Origin: Phallusia mammillata
Lineage: Eukaryota
NCBI GenBank assembly: GCA_965637545.1
Contig: OZ281499.1
Span: 9,858,001 to 9,922,000 of the forward strand
DNA: 64,000 nucleotides
Reading direction: 5' to 3'
The position numbers and the translations under genes were made by a program. Shown piece by piece: positions 47,901 through 58,766 of this stretch. The notes under the pieces were generated by a model that was given only the letters and a program-made list of their open reading frames with translations, had not been told where the DNA came from and ran no database searches. Positions within the stretch are counted from its first letter, which is position 1. Every line of letters starts with the position of its first letter.

Positions 47901-49165
47901 ATTCGCCCGAATCGGTCATTTTTGCAAAGATTCGGTTTCGGCCGAATAATTTGTTGCGATTCGGCCAAAACCGAATCTTTTACGAACACAAATTTAAAGC
48001 GTTAAACGTGTCTTTTCTGCTTATTACGGCCTAAGCAATCTTTCAAACGCCCAAACATAACGAAAATCGCGTCATTTTTTATCTTTTTCAATACATTATC
48101 GTTTTTCCCACTGTATTCAAACAAATTAGTAATTCATTGGCAATTTGCCAATCATGCTTGAGGCAATTTTGAACCCCACAGAACTGAAATGAGGACGAAG
48201 CACAACTATTCTGGTTGCCTGGTTGATAAACATTTTTTATTGCAAACGCGTAGCGTACCACTTCCCGTGACGTCATAAATGATTCGGTTGATTCGGCCGA
48301 ATTTCTTCGGCAAAACCGCCGAATATTCGGTTTCGACCGAATCAAAATTTAGCCGATTCGGTACATCCCTAGTTTTTAGTCCAACTGAGCAGAACGTGCA
48401 AAAAGATATTGTTGGATACTCTACATCAGTGGTTTCCAACCTTAATCGACATATTCTTCATTTAACAATTTAAAGCATTTTTATTCTTTTCCAGTAGACT
48501 ACATATGGTCATGGTAGATGCTAAACCATACAAAGATCATTTGAAGGAGTATTTTATCATCTTCACAGGTTATATACATATTCAGGTTGTGTCAGCTAAA
48601 GTCTCTATTTACAAACGACGTGTACAAATTACACCAAATCTTTCCTTCAAGCTTAAAAAATCCTCCCTGGGGAGAAATTCTCCCCTTGGATTTAACAAAT
48701 CGACAATATTTGTATTTTACCTAACGTTTTGCATTTTTCTTGGATTCTTGCTTTTCGCTCATCCATCCTAATCTTCATTCTGTCCATAAATAGTGCTTCA
48801 GTTTCTCCGATTTGCAAAGCTCCTTCTGATTTGGATTGGTCATCTTTTAGTTTTATGTCTCTATTAATGAACACTGTCTGCTTTAATAGCACAGGCTTGT
48901 TCAGCGCTTGTTCTTTTAATGCAAACTTTTTCAAAGTGGGCGCTTCTAAAGTAGGACCTTCCAAATCATGGTTTCTTAATTCAGATCTTGCGTTTACTTC
49001 TGTAACCTGCTTAGATTCAAGTGCGGGCTTGTTTGTGACAACAGAATCTTTATGTTCATTAATTTCGGGATTCTTCTTGAGGATGTCGAACGAACTATAA
49101 TATGCTAATATGAGTGCATTTACTCCAGCAATTATAATCAATAAAAGAAAGTTTGTCTTTTTCAT
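44946..49165 (-). CDS. Carbohydrate sulfotransferase (HNK-1/CHST8-14 family) copy 2, type II Golgi membrane protein
   Basis: Exons 49165-48721 (N-terminal TM and stem), 47798-47659 (5'-PSB), tentative 47517-47476, 47028-46818 (3'-PB), 45965-45797, 45177-44946 (LY...D/EY.LFDY tail). The small third exon is uncertain. Confidence 0.82.
45442..45736. mobile_element. hAT MITE
   Basis: CAGTGATTCTCAAACT / AGTTTGAGAAACACTA; perfect TSD GTGTATGG. Confidence 0.88.
46075..46624. mobile_element. hAT MITE hosting a nested MITE
   Basis: CAGTGGTTCCC / GGGAACCACTG; TSD CTTTGATA / CTTTAATA (7/8). Confidence 0.8.
46242..46447. mobile_element. Nested hAT MITE
   Basis: CAGAGGTTCT / AGAACTACTG; TSD AACTAGAC / AACTAGGC (7/8). 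Confidence 0.78.
47117..47364. repeat. Foldback with 53-bp arms
   Basis: 47117-47169 and 47312-47364 are reverse complements (50/53). Confidence 0.88.
47267..47303 (+). ncRNA. Minimal type I hammerhead-like motif in the foldback spacer
   Basis: GGAA-CTGATGA-T-GC-CACATAT-GC-GAAA-TATAT-A-TTCC: 4-bp stem I (GGAA/UUCC), weak 2-bp stem II, palindromic AUAUAU stem III, AUA triplet. Confidence 0.45.
47867..48371. mobile_element. hAT (Ac-type, TAGGGATG terminus) MITE, copy 1
   Basis: TAGAGATGTACCGAAT / ATTCGGTACATCCCTA with many CCGAA(T) subterminal repeats; TSD TTTTTTAG / GTTTTTAG. Same family as 62587-63098, in opposite orientation. Confidence 0.9.
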
Positions 49166-50003
49166 CGTGCATTTAAAAGCAGTGACGTAGCCGTATTGTG
49201 ATGTGTAAACCAAGGTCTGTTTAAAACATGCAGATAAATTTAGATAAAGCGTTAAAACGAACACCACTACCAATGCACTAAAGTAAACAAGTCGAAAAGC
49301 TTACAAAAAAATAGAATGCAAAACCAATAACCTCCTAGTACCTACATTAAAAGCTTACTGCAATGAATTTACTCTGCGTTAACTCAGCTCGGCAGTACTA
49401 AACAACGCTACGCTATACTTTTTACGCCATCTAAATTTTGGCAACATGCCTTTATTAACTAGACGTGTTTACCATTACGCCAACATCGAAATGATCCTTA
49501 ACTGCTGCTAAACCAGCTAACAGCTGCTTGCTATTGCAACCTGTAGTTTTTGATTGTCATCAGTTGTACAAGCTCATTTCTATTTGTTCCCACGGGACAG
49601 AATGGTTATCACTTCCTGTTAAAAAGTTACTGGATGGTAGCGTGTAAACCGAATTAATATATATGCTTTGTTTCAAGCTATATGCATCTTTGTTTGACGT
49701 AGTAGGCTATATCAATATTTTCTAAATGTCTGGTGCAACATGGCATTTTATGTATTATTCAGGTCGTTCCACATAACGCGTCTATTCTTAACCATTGGGT
49801 GTTACAGTACAGTAAAGCTAGTAGTTTACACTCATTACCTAATTGTTTTCACGTTTTAAAACAATCGCATCAGTCTTAAAAAGAAACTGCACGATAAAAA
49901 TATTTACTTTAATGTCTGATAACACAAATATGCTGAGTTTATTAAGAAAACAAAACGGGGAAAAAACGTAGCAAACTAATACGAGTAAAACACCATGTTA
50001 AAT

Positions 50004-53000
50004 TTAGGAGTCATTTTGCTTTTCGCTGAACAAACGATCAAACCAGGATGGGCGGGGATAACCAAACAAAATATAATCCTCTTCGTACAGTTTGTAAAGC
50101 TTCATCACCCGGTCAATAGGTTTTACAGTTGAATAGTAACTGTAAGCCATATCATGATCGGTCTTGTTTTGACGACCGTGAGGCAGTGAAAACCGTTTGG
50201 GAGCGCCAACGAGTCGCAAGAAGTATCTGAAATAAGATTAATTTAATATTTTAAACAGTAGACCAACCTACCCTGACATTGAAAGTAAAACACTTAAATT
50301 TAACGTAACAAGTGCAATTAAACGTAAAACAAAGTTTTGCAAAACTTGTACCCTTTTTGCCGCTCATTTGTCAGCATTTTCGGGAATGGAAACAGGTGAT
50401 ACATAAGAACAAAAAATATGACATAAGAACGAATAATGACATAAGAACAAAAGTTTTGCGCGTTGACGCTACAGTTAGAGATTTCTTGCTTATTAATATT
50501 ATTATCTCTAACGTTATTGGAGTGACAACTGCTAAAACTTTAGTTTTTATGTCGTGTGCTGCAAAGTAACATTAGACCAGGTTAAATCAAAACAACCAAG
50601 GTTTTGTCTGTTTGATTTGTAAGTATTATTTTTCTTATTATTAATTAGGCTACTTGAAATACTTACTCTGAATCTTCCTGAACAGTCTCCTGGTGACCTA
50701 TGAAGTCATATTCGAAATCGCAAAATTGACAGAGTTTGGAAAACGTTGCCCAATGTTGATCATATCGGTAGGAAATCATAGGACTTTCCGTCACAAGGAA
50801 ATTCACGAATGTGCTAAACGTGGGAATCGTTCGTTCTAGAACAAAAGTTTTTGTGTTGCAACATTGGTTTACAAAACTTACACATTGAATACGGTAACTT
50901 TCATGAAATAAAATTTACACCTTTTATTAAGCGGGCAAAAACTAAATCACCTAGGTTAGAAAACAAATTTACTTCGCTACAGCACATTTTTCGCCGCAGA
51001 AACTAATTTTTGCGGCTGCGCACATGCTATACTGAAATGTCTTAGCAAACTTTATTACTTAAAACCAGGTTTTTCGATAAACTTGAGACTGATACGCGGT
51101 TAAAATGGCGGTACAGATAAACAATTTGAGAAACACAGCTATGCTTCATTCACAAATAGTTTATCAAAACATGTTCAAAGATGGTAAAGTTTTGAAAAAA
51201 ACGGTTTGCTAGTGGAATATTGCAAAACGGGGAAAACTGGCCTATATGTTACACATGTTGCCTGTTAACCAAATTGCTGTACCTTCGTAGTCAGGGTCGG
51301 TTTTGTCAGCATACATTTCTTGTATTTGTTTGGCCAGTTTTGCAAGTCCAGGGTCGGTAGGAGGTTCTATCTTTGATCTGTACGCCGAAACCAGTCTTTC
51401 CAGCGGCTCCCGAACGACCGTCATTTTTAACCAATCAGGATCATTTAATCGTTTGTCCCTTTCTGCACCACTAATTTGGTATTTGCTGAAATACCTTGTA
51501 ACGTATCCTTGTCCCTGTAAAAAGCAATAAGTAAAAAAAACCAAAAAATGATTATGGATTTGGACTCCGTAACTTTTGCCAATCATATTAAAAAGCTTTT
51601 ACACTTGACCTGCGGTGGTTAAATTACAAAATCATTAAACTTAGTAATAATATTCATTTCAGTTATATTGTGAACTAATATGGAATATTTAGTAACATTC
51701 GCTTTATGGCGGCCTTTTTCCCAGATAAAAATTATTGGTTCGTGTTTGTGTGTAGAGAATTAAGCCGTCACACGCTTTCAAATAACGTATGAATGCATCT
51801 GTCTGTCAACGGGGTATATGTTTGTGATTCTTTGTGTGTTTAGGAACACGAATTTGGGTCCTAGGCAGACAAACTTTTTTTAATTTTTAAGTTTTGGCAA
51901 TTCAGGTAGACCAGGGGCGGATCCGGCCCGCGACGGGATTTTGAGCGGCCCGCAGACAGTTTCCGGGTCTTACATGGTAATGTAGCCCGCGGCCACAGTC
52001 TGCGGCAATACCCCACTACATGCATACTACGTCAAATTATAGTTGTAACGGACAGTAACGCTCCCCAATAGCTAAAAACTTTCCCGCCGTTGTTACCATT
52101 GGACCATACGTCCATTGTTACGGTATAACTGCCAACCTTGTGTGTGGCTTGCTTTCACGGTTGCCTTTGTTTCCACACGTGTAGCCTAGTTAGTGTTATA
52201 GCAGTATCTAAGTCTGTGGTGTATGCATTAAATTTGCTGTGGGGAATAATTTTATGTTATATCAGTTTGATTGTTTGAACTGTATTGTAATTGTGACGTT
52301 CTTGATTCTATTTGGTTTAGGTCAGGGTTCTTCAACGGGGGCAATATCGGGGATTTTCAACGGGGATTTCGTCCACCCGGGGGGCGATAGTGACATTTTT
52401 GGGATTGGGGGGCGATTTTACTTCCAAGGGGGGCGATTTCAAAATTACTGATTGTTTAAAAATATACAAGAATTGTGAGACTAGGCTGACTTACGAGCAA
52501 ATTTTATTTGTCTTGCAAACAAACACCAGGCACGTGGGGCGCATTAGCTTTTGCCTCCGTTTGAATAAATTGCTTTTGGCGATTTGTTTGTACTTTTTGC
52601 GATCTCGAGAGCAAAGTTGGGCTGTTTATTTGGTCACAGGGAACGCTTAATTAAGGCTGTGTATGGTGACCGGCTATACCTTTTCAATATAACGGTAACG
52701 AGCTTTCCCTCAAACTTGTTTCACTTTTACACTTTCTATAGGTCTGCTAGCGCTTCAAAAACTGCGAAGTTTTTGTATCATCCTTAAATTTGATAAATCT
52801 AGTGTAAGTTATTAATGTGGAAAGTATAGTTTTCTCTGCTGCCGAGTAATGCCCCATTTTAATCAAAATAACAAAAATAGCTATTGTTTGCGCATAATCG
52901 TATGATGTTATCTTGTCTATGACGTCACAAACTTTGCTTGGATGCGTTAGAATTGCGTGAAATTGACCCTCAGTGTTGTTGTAGCAATTAAATAGGGTTT

Positions 53001-54016
53001 TAACTGTTAACATATGCATTCGTTGGTGCTGGGTAAATCTAATTGCACGCAAATGCCCAAGAGTCAAGAACTTTAAAAAAACGATATAATGGGGGGCGAT
53101 ATTGAGTCAGTGCCCTAGCAAGGGGGCGATTTCGCTAAAATGGTTGAAGACCACTGGTTTAGGTGGTCAAAAATCCGTTTTAAATCACTGGATAAATACG
53201 CGATTAATGTATCGATTCAGGAATCCGGCCCGCCAAGTACTTCATTTTCCCATATCAGGCCCGCCGATTGGAGAAGTTGCCCGCCCCTGAGGTAGACTAA
53301 CCGAATTTTCAGGACTAACCGAAAAGTCGATTTCTTTGAGATCGGCGAAAAGCTGTTTCCACATCGTAATTCCCGTCTTTGGTATTTGACACATAACCGC
53401 CTTGTACTCAGATGAACTAATTAAACTTTGCCGCATGGATTTCCAGTTGTGGTGAAGTCCTAAAACATATTCGTCAAACTTCAAAATTTGAAGCAATAAT
53501 AATAAGGTTCATTATAGTCTTCATCCACCAAGCAATGAGCTGGGAGAATCTGGTTTAAAGTTTTAATATCCTGTATTACAAATTTTGAGGCCAACCTAAT
53601 AGGCTATTTAAAAACAAATACCACTGTATTGTTTCGTTCTTACCCAACTGTTTGCAGTTTTCTTTGACTCTTGCTTTTCTTTCATCCATTCGATGTTTCA
53701 TCCTTTTCATAAATTCCATATCTGTTTTATTTAATAACGAAACCGATACGAATGTTTTAGGATCTTTAAGGATCGGCCCTGTAATTTTATGGACACTTTC
53801 AGTTTCTTCAGTAGCCGTTTTTGATTCGATTCTTTCCAATGCTTGATTATTTTCCTCAACAGAATCTCTAAATTCGATTTCTACAAGAGAATCTTCAAGT
53901 TCTTGAGTTTGATGCTTTACTGAAACCAATACAGAGTCGAACATACTCCCGTAAAAGGCCAACATAAGAACTGTAAATCCAGTCACCACAAAAACATGGT
54001 AAAATAATTTCTTCAT
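50004..54016 (-). CDS. Carbohydrate sulfotransferase (HNK-1/CHST8-14 family) copy 3
   Basis: Exons 54016-53644, 53459-53320 (CQIPKTGITMWK), 51514-51283 (VREPLERLVSAYRSK), 50835-50667, 50226-50004. A small internal exon in 51515-51903 was not resolved. Confidence 0.82.
51912..53289. mobile_element. hAT (Charlie-type) non-autonomous element; left TIR internally deleted
   Basis: CAGGGGCGG... / ...GTTGCCCGCCCCTG; perfect TSD AGGTAGAC at 51904-51911 and 53290-53297. Confidence 0.88.
52323..53156. mobile_element. Nested hAT MITE
   Basis: CAGGGTTCTTCAAC / GTTGAAGACCACTG; perfect TSD GTTTAGGT. Confidence 0.88.
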
Positions 54017-54676
54017 TGCTTGTATAACCAGATCACCTTTCACACTCCAATACAAATCAAATACGTAATTGTTTGTAAAAGCTTTCTATAAGTTGTATCG
54101 ATTGTACTGATTGTTAAGTAAATTCATCAGTTGTAAGATAGAAGTAAGTTTCCCGTTTCATGCAGCATCGTACAAATATACATAACAAATAAACTTTGAA
54201 TTTGATGTTAGTCCAAATATTGTCAAAAAATGTTATACCAAATACAACTTAAATATACAGCTCCGCTTTTATCTTAACAGGCGTAAACAGAACAAGCATT
54301 CCTTTTGTGAATGCACTATAGTCGTTATGTGACATGGCTGTTCGAAACAATGTGTGTCACTGTGCAGCTTATTAACGCAAAAGAATGAGATCTTTTTCCG
54401 GTGTTCTATTGTGCAAATATACATGTATTGCTGCGTGGCGGTTAATACCAGTGCTGGTTGGCAAAACATTATAAATGCGACGCTGTTGAAAACGTTGTTT
54501 GTACTTCCCACGCACCATCAATAACAACAACAGAACCAAGTATCGTTCACCAAAAAATGTTGCTATATCCTGTACCCAAATCATGCTAATACTTAGCGCT
54601 TTATGATCTGAACATGTAAATGCCACAACTACTTCGGTATTCGTAGTTCCCCATCAAAAACACATAGTATTTAGTT

Positions 54677-54831
54677 GATCATAGTACGCCAGGCCTATTC
54701 ATGGCGTAATACCAATTCAAGCCGGTCTCTCAAACATTCCCGTGTGCAAGGCGTATAAGCCTGCGGTGGGATTTGAGACCACGAAAGGAGCCCTTCCGGG
54801 ACTCCTGCACTACCAACTAAGCTGCACAAGC
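54677..54831 (-). mobile_element. tRNA-derived SINE
   Basis: A 73-nt tRNA-like head (54831-54759) has a 7-bp acceptor stem, box A (GCAGCTTAGTTGGTAG) and a degenerate box B (GGTCTCAAATCCC). The tail GGCCTGGCGTACTATGAT recurs on the plus strand at about 9386-9403. Confidence 0.75.
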
Positions 54832-56529
54832 ACCGTTTGCCTGCCTCGTATGTTATAGTATGCCTTGATCACTGTTCTGCATAAACGCTTCAGGGCTGAT
54901 CCCAGTATGAATGTATTTTCATCTTAGCTGCAGGTCTATTTGGTTGAAATTTGTGCACTAACCTAAACGCACAAATGCAGCAATGCTTTGACCTTAAAAG
55001 CATGTCAGGTCACATGCATGTGTTTACGCGTAAAGCAGTGGTTAATCAGTGATGTTATGTGCTTGGCCATATCGGTAGTAAACCGGTCGTAAACATATAC
55101 GCGTGTTTCTGCGCATGTAAAGCACACATCGTGTTATGTACTTGTCCCTAACTGTCGTACACTCTCAACTAATCCGTATTTGATGACGTTTAATGGTCTT
55201 GTAGGTCAACATAAGTCCAAGTCCCATTACCTCGTTACGTAGCTTCACAATTAAAGAGTAATGACTGTCAGTTGGCCACATGTAGTGTGGATTTGATTCA
55301 GATACCTTGCAACAAAATCTGTCTTTCAGCGCCAACGGGTCGCAAAAACACCGAAACTATTAATTTGTTAACCGAGCAAACTTATAAGTTATACGATCTA
55401 CTAACGGTAATAAGAATTGTGTATATATTCAGTAAAGTTGGACTTGGAAGTCCAGACCATTTAAAAAAAAATTATATCGTTGTAAAGATTTAAAGTTAGT
55501 CTATATTCCTATGTCAGGCCGGTTTCTGTTAATTATGATCTAATAGTTTTAATATTCCAGTTAATACAAATGTACCCGTCTGCTTACTAATATACGGCAT
55601 AAATCAACGGTCACAAACCGTAAAAGTCATTGTCATGTTGATACAACAAGCAAATTGGCAAGCTGCATTTAAAATGTTGCCGGCACCCATTCTCTTACAT
55701 CAGTTAACAAAAAAGCAGTAAAGTATATTTTTCTGTAAAAGACTTAATACGGTCATTCCTAGATAAATGTTGGTCGTGTCCATACGCACAGAAATATATA
55801 TTACTGGATCAAAGATATACATAGTGCATTGCAACAGTCATAGAGATGTGAAAGAAATAGACATTTTTCAGCAAACTCTTTAGTAACAGGTTCAATAAAA
55901 CAATATGTTTGACAAAATGAAATAAAAATTTGCTGACAATCGGTTTAAAAACTTCTACACAGTTGACAAAAAGTTGTAAAACACAAAAAGGTAAAAGCTC
56001 TTAACAAAAACGAACAATCGTTATGGTATCCATTGGAAAGTAAGAGACACGACATGCAACAGCAGATACAGACTTTATAATTTCGTAATAAAAATATTTC
56101 TCATGCACAGATCCTGTAACCTAATACAAGCATATTGAGCATGCGTGTGTTAATGCATTAGAGAAACCTTGTCCACAAAGCTATTTCTTATTACAATGCA
56201 GGTTTTAATTTCTTGTCAATACCGTGATTTCTTACTGCAAAAAGTTGTTTATTCTTTCAAACTTGTGGGGTAAGTCACACTTTTTATACCGAAGCGATGA
56301 TCAGACCATTTCTTAACCGTTTAGGTTGAAAAATATAATTCATACTTGTTTAATGTAGGGTGGTTGAGTTTAAGGACAAATTTTATCGTGCGGATTTGAG
56401 AAACACTAAGAAAAAGAATACAAGAAGTGTGTACCTATGTTTGTACGTTATTATTAATATCAAAAGTTTGTTATAAAATTCAATATAATAGTATTAACAC
56501 AATGCACATAAAACTGCTTTAAATAACAG

Positions 56530-58766
56530 TTACTCTGTCATCGAACGCAACACAAAGAACATAGTCAAAATGAGTGCGCCGATAGAGGGCAGCAAAGCGG
56601 CTGTCCCGCAACAGAGGGCAATATCTGTTTTTGGTCTCACTGGACCAGTTGCATTGAACTCACTAGGAAAATTAAATCTCGTTGTATTGGTGACGTATTT
56701 CCTGAAAGCAGTTGGACATTGGGGTTTTGCTGAAAATTAAAAATATATTTTAGATACGATACAAACTTTGTTTAAAGTTACTTTGTCCTGTAGCTGCAAT
56801 GTTTGTAGGACAAAGGATTCGCCACTCTTGATATAAAAACTGAAAAAAGAGTTGATGAAACTCTATATTTTGAACTATCCAATTCGTTAAAAATGGACAT
56901 TGCCCAAATACGAAATCTAATAAAGATGATAACCAGGAGAAATTAAACATGCCTATTGCAACACAATATATTACAAAGGTTTTAAACAAGTACGTGTTTG
57001 CGTCTTTAAAGGCCAGTTAAACTTTTATAATCCAAAACATTAAAAATAAAAAAATGCTGCATCTGAAATTGACACGTTTTCAGCTGATCAATTAAAACTT
57101 ACAAATGTTTTTTGGAACAATAAGACAATCAAGGACTCGGTCGGTGGCTGTAGGGAGAAAGAATGGGGTGTAGAACTCATTGTTGTTCACTTTGAAAGAC
57201 GAGTCAAGTTCCGATTGGTCGTAGTATCTAAATTCAAAGTAAAGGTGGTAGTATCAACAGAGCAAAGGTATGACTCTTTTTGAGCAGAGGTAAGTTTCAT
57301 CACGTTAAAAGCAAAAATATTAAACAGTAAACAATACATTTTATTGCAAACGCTCTTGAACAACGCAATTGTAACGATCAGCAAAAACGTCCAACAATTG
57401 TTAATGACAACAACAATTAACAAACTTTTGCAACTAAAACGTTTTGAGTTTGCCTGAGCAACTTTGTTAACTCCTGCTCCCATATCTTTAAACTTCAACA
57501 CAGTCAAAATAAAAGATCAACGAGACAGATACTGATTACACATAGAATATTCTGTAGTATAAGTATAAGAGATATGAGCAGGATAGGTATTTAAGTGGAA
57601 AACTTACATGTAGGCAGACTGGTAAGATGGAGCGGTTCTGTATGTTCTGTATCGTGGCCTCGTCAAAAACAAGACGCTTGCAACAATAATCGTGCTTCTT
57701 ACCGGTAACCTACAGAAAAGGTTTGGTAAAAATGCTTCAGTCTGTTTATGAAAAAAGAGAAAACTGTTGGAAGTATGTTGAAAATTAGGTACTATGTCAC
57801 TTCAATGTTCTACTTGACTCTGCGGAAACACTTTGTTGTTACAATACTGACAAATTGGCCAGATCTTAAGACCTTAAATAGCTGTAAGCGAGTGAAGGTG
57901 AACACAAGAAGAGTAAGTAGGTTGAGTTGAGTTTGTTTTGCTCAGTCAAAGAAAAGATAGCAGCACAGTTACAATAAGACATGACCAAGCCGGAGATAGC
58001 TTTGCAATGTTAAAACGTTGTAGACTGTAGAGCATAAATAGTTGAAGGCACAATCGGTGGGTGACGCCAAAACGCATTGTATAGCTACAGTGCACCGTAT
58101 TATAAAGCGCTATGTGGCGGGAGTTCACAAGAAAGTACGTTCGGCGCGGTGTGAGTATATACGACTTGGAGGAAACGTTGGTGGGATCAACAGAGGGCAT
58201 CCCAAAAACTTACCATCCAATTAGCTTCCAATGCAGCATGCATGGTATTGTGGAATGGATGATTTCAATTTTTACTGTTTAGAATTTATTTTGCGATATT
58301 AAGGTCGGATTGTTCAGTTGCATAGCCGACTTAAAAGCTCTGCGTTAGTTTTGGTGCCATGTTTATGATAAATTGTAAGGACAGGTATGTGTTGTTTTTT
58401 TTAAATCTAGCAGCAGTATTTTCAAAGAAATTTTTAGAATGCAATTAAATATACATGCTAATGAAAATTTCTGCTTTATCAACGAAATTAATCGTGATCA
58501 AATGCCCAAGTCATGGTGACAAGAGAGTAAAGGCGCCGTTATGTTAAATATCATTTGCTTGAGTTCGTATTGGATAATTCCACTAACCTGGACTTTGAAC
58601 CTCCCTTGTATCTCGTAGTGGTTTTGGTACGTGAACCTCCACGACCACGCGATCCACCACCACGTGACCCTCCACCTCTTCCTCCGCGTGCGAGGGCGAC
58701 CTGGAGATGTTCACCCAGCAATAAGATGCAAACCAAAACAACACACAAAGTTCCTATACGAGCCAT
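56530..58766 (-). CDS. Small secreted, probably GPI-anchored RGG-rich protein with Shadoo/prion-like layout, about 201 aa
   Basis: Exons 58766-58588 (signal peptide, then ARGGRGGGSRGGGSRGRGGSR), 57709-57608 (STIIVASVLFL, TRPRYRTYRT), 57227-57103, 56729-56530 (NTT and NAT sequons, CGTAALLPSIGALILTMFFVL GPI-like signal) total 606 nt in frame. An extra phase-compatible exon at 56952-56782 is possible. Confidence 0.75.

Noticed and set aside
48088-48473. ORFs within the CCGAA-repeat element (also 62528-63237)
   Set aside because: They lie inside 0.5-kb non-autonomous MITEs and have no transposase motifs.
54759-54831. Functional tRNA gene
   Set aside because: The T-loop is not TTC, U8 is missing, the anticodon loop is non-canonical, and the sequence continues into a repeated body; called as a SINE head instead.
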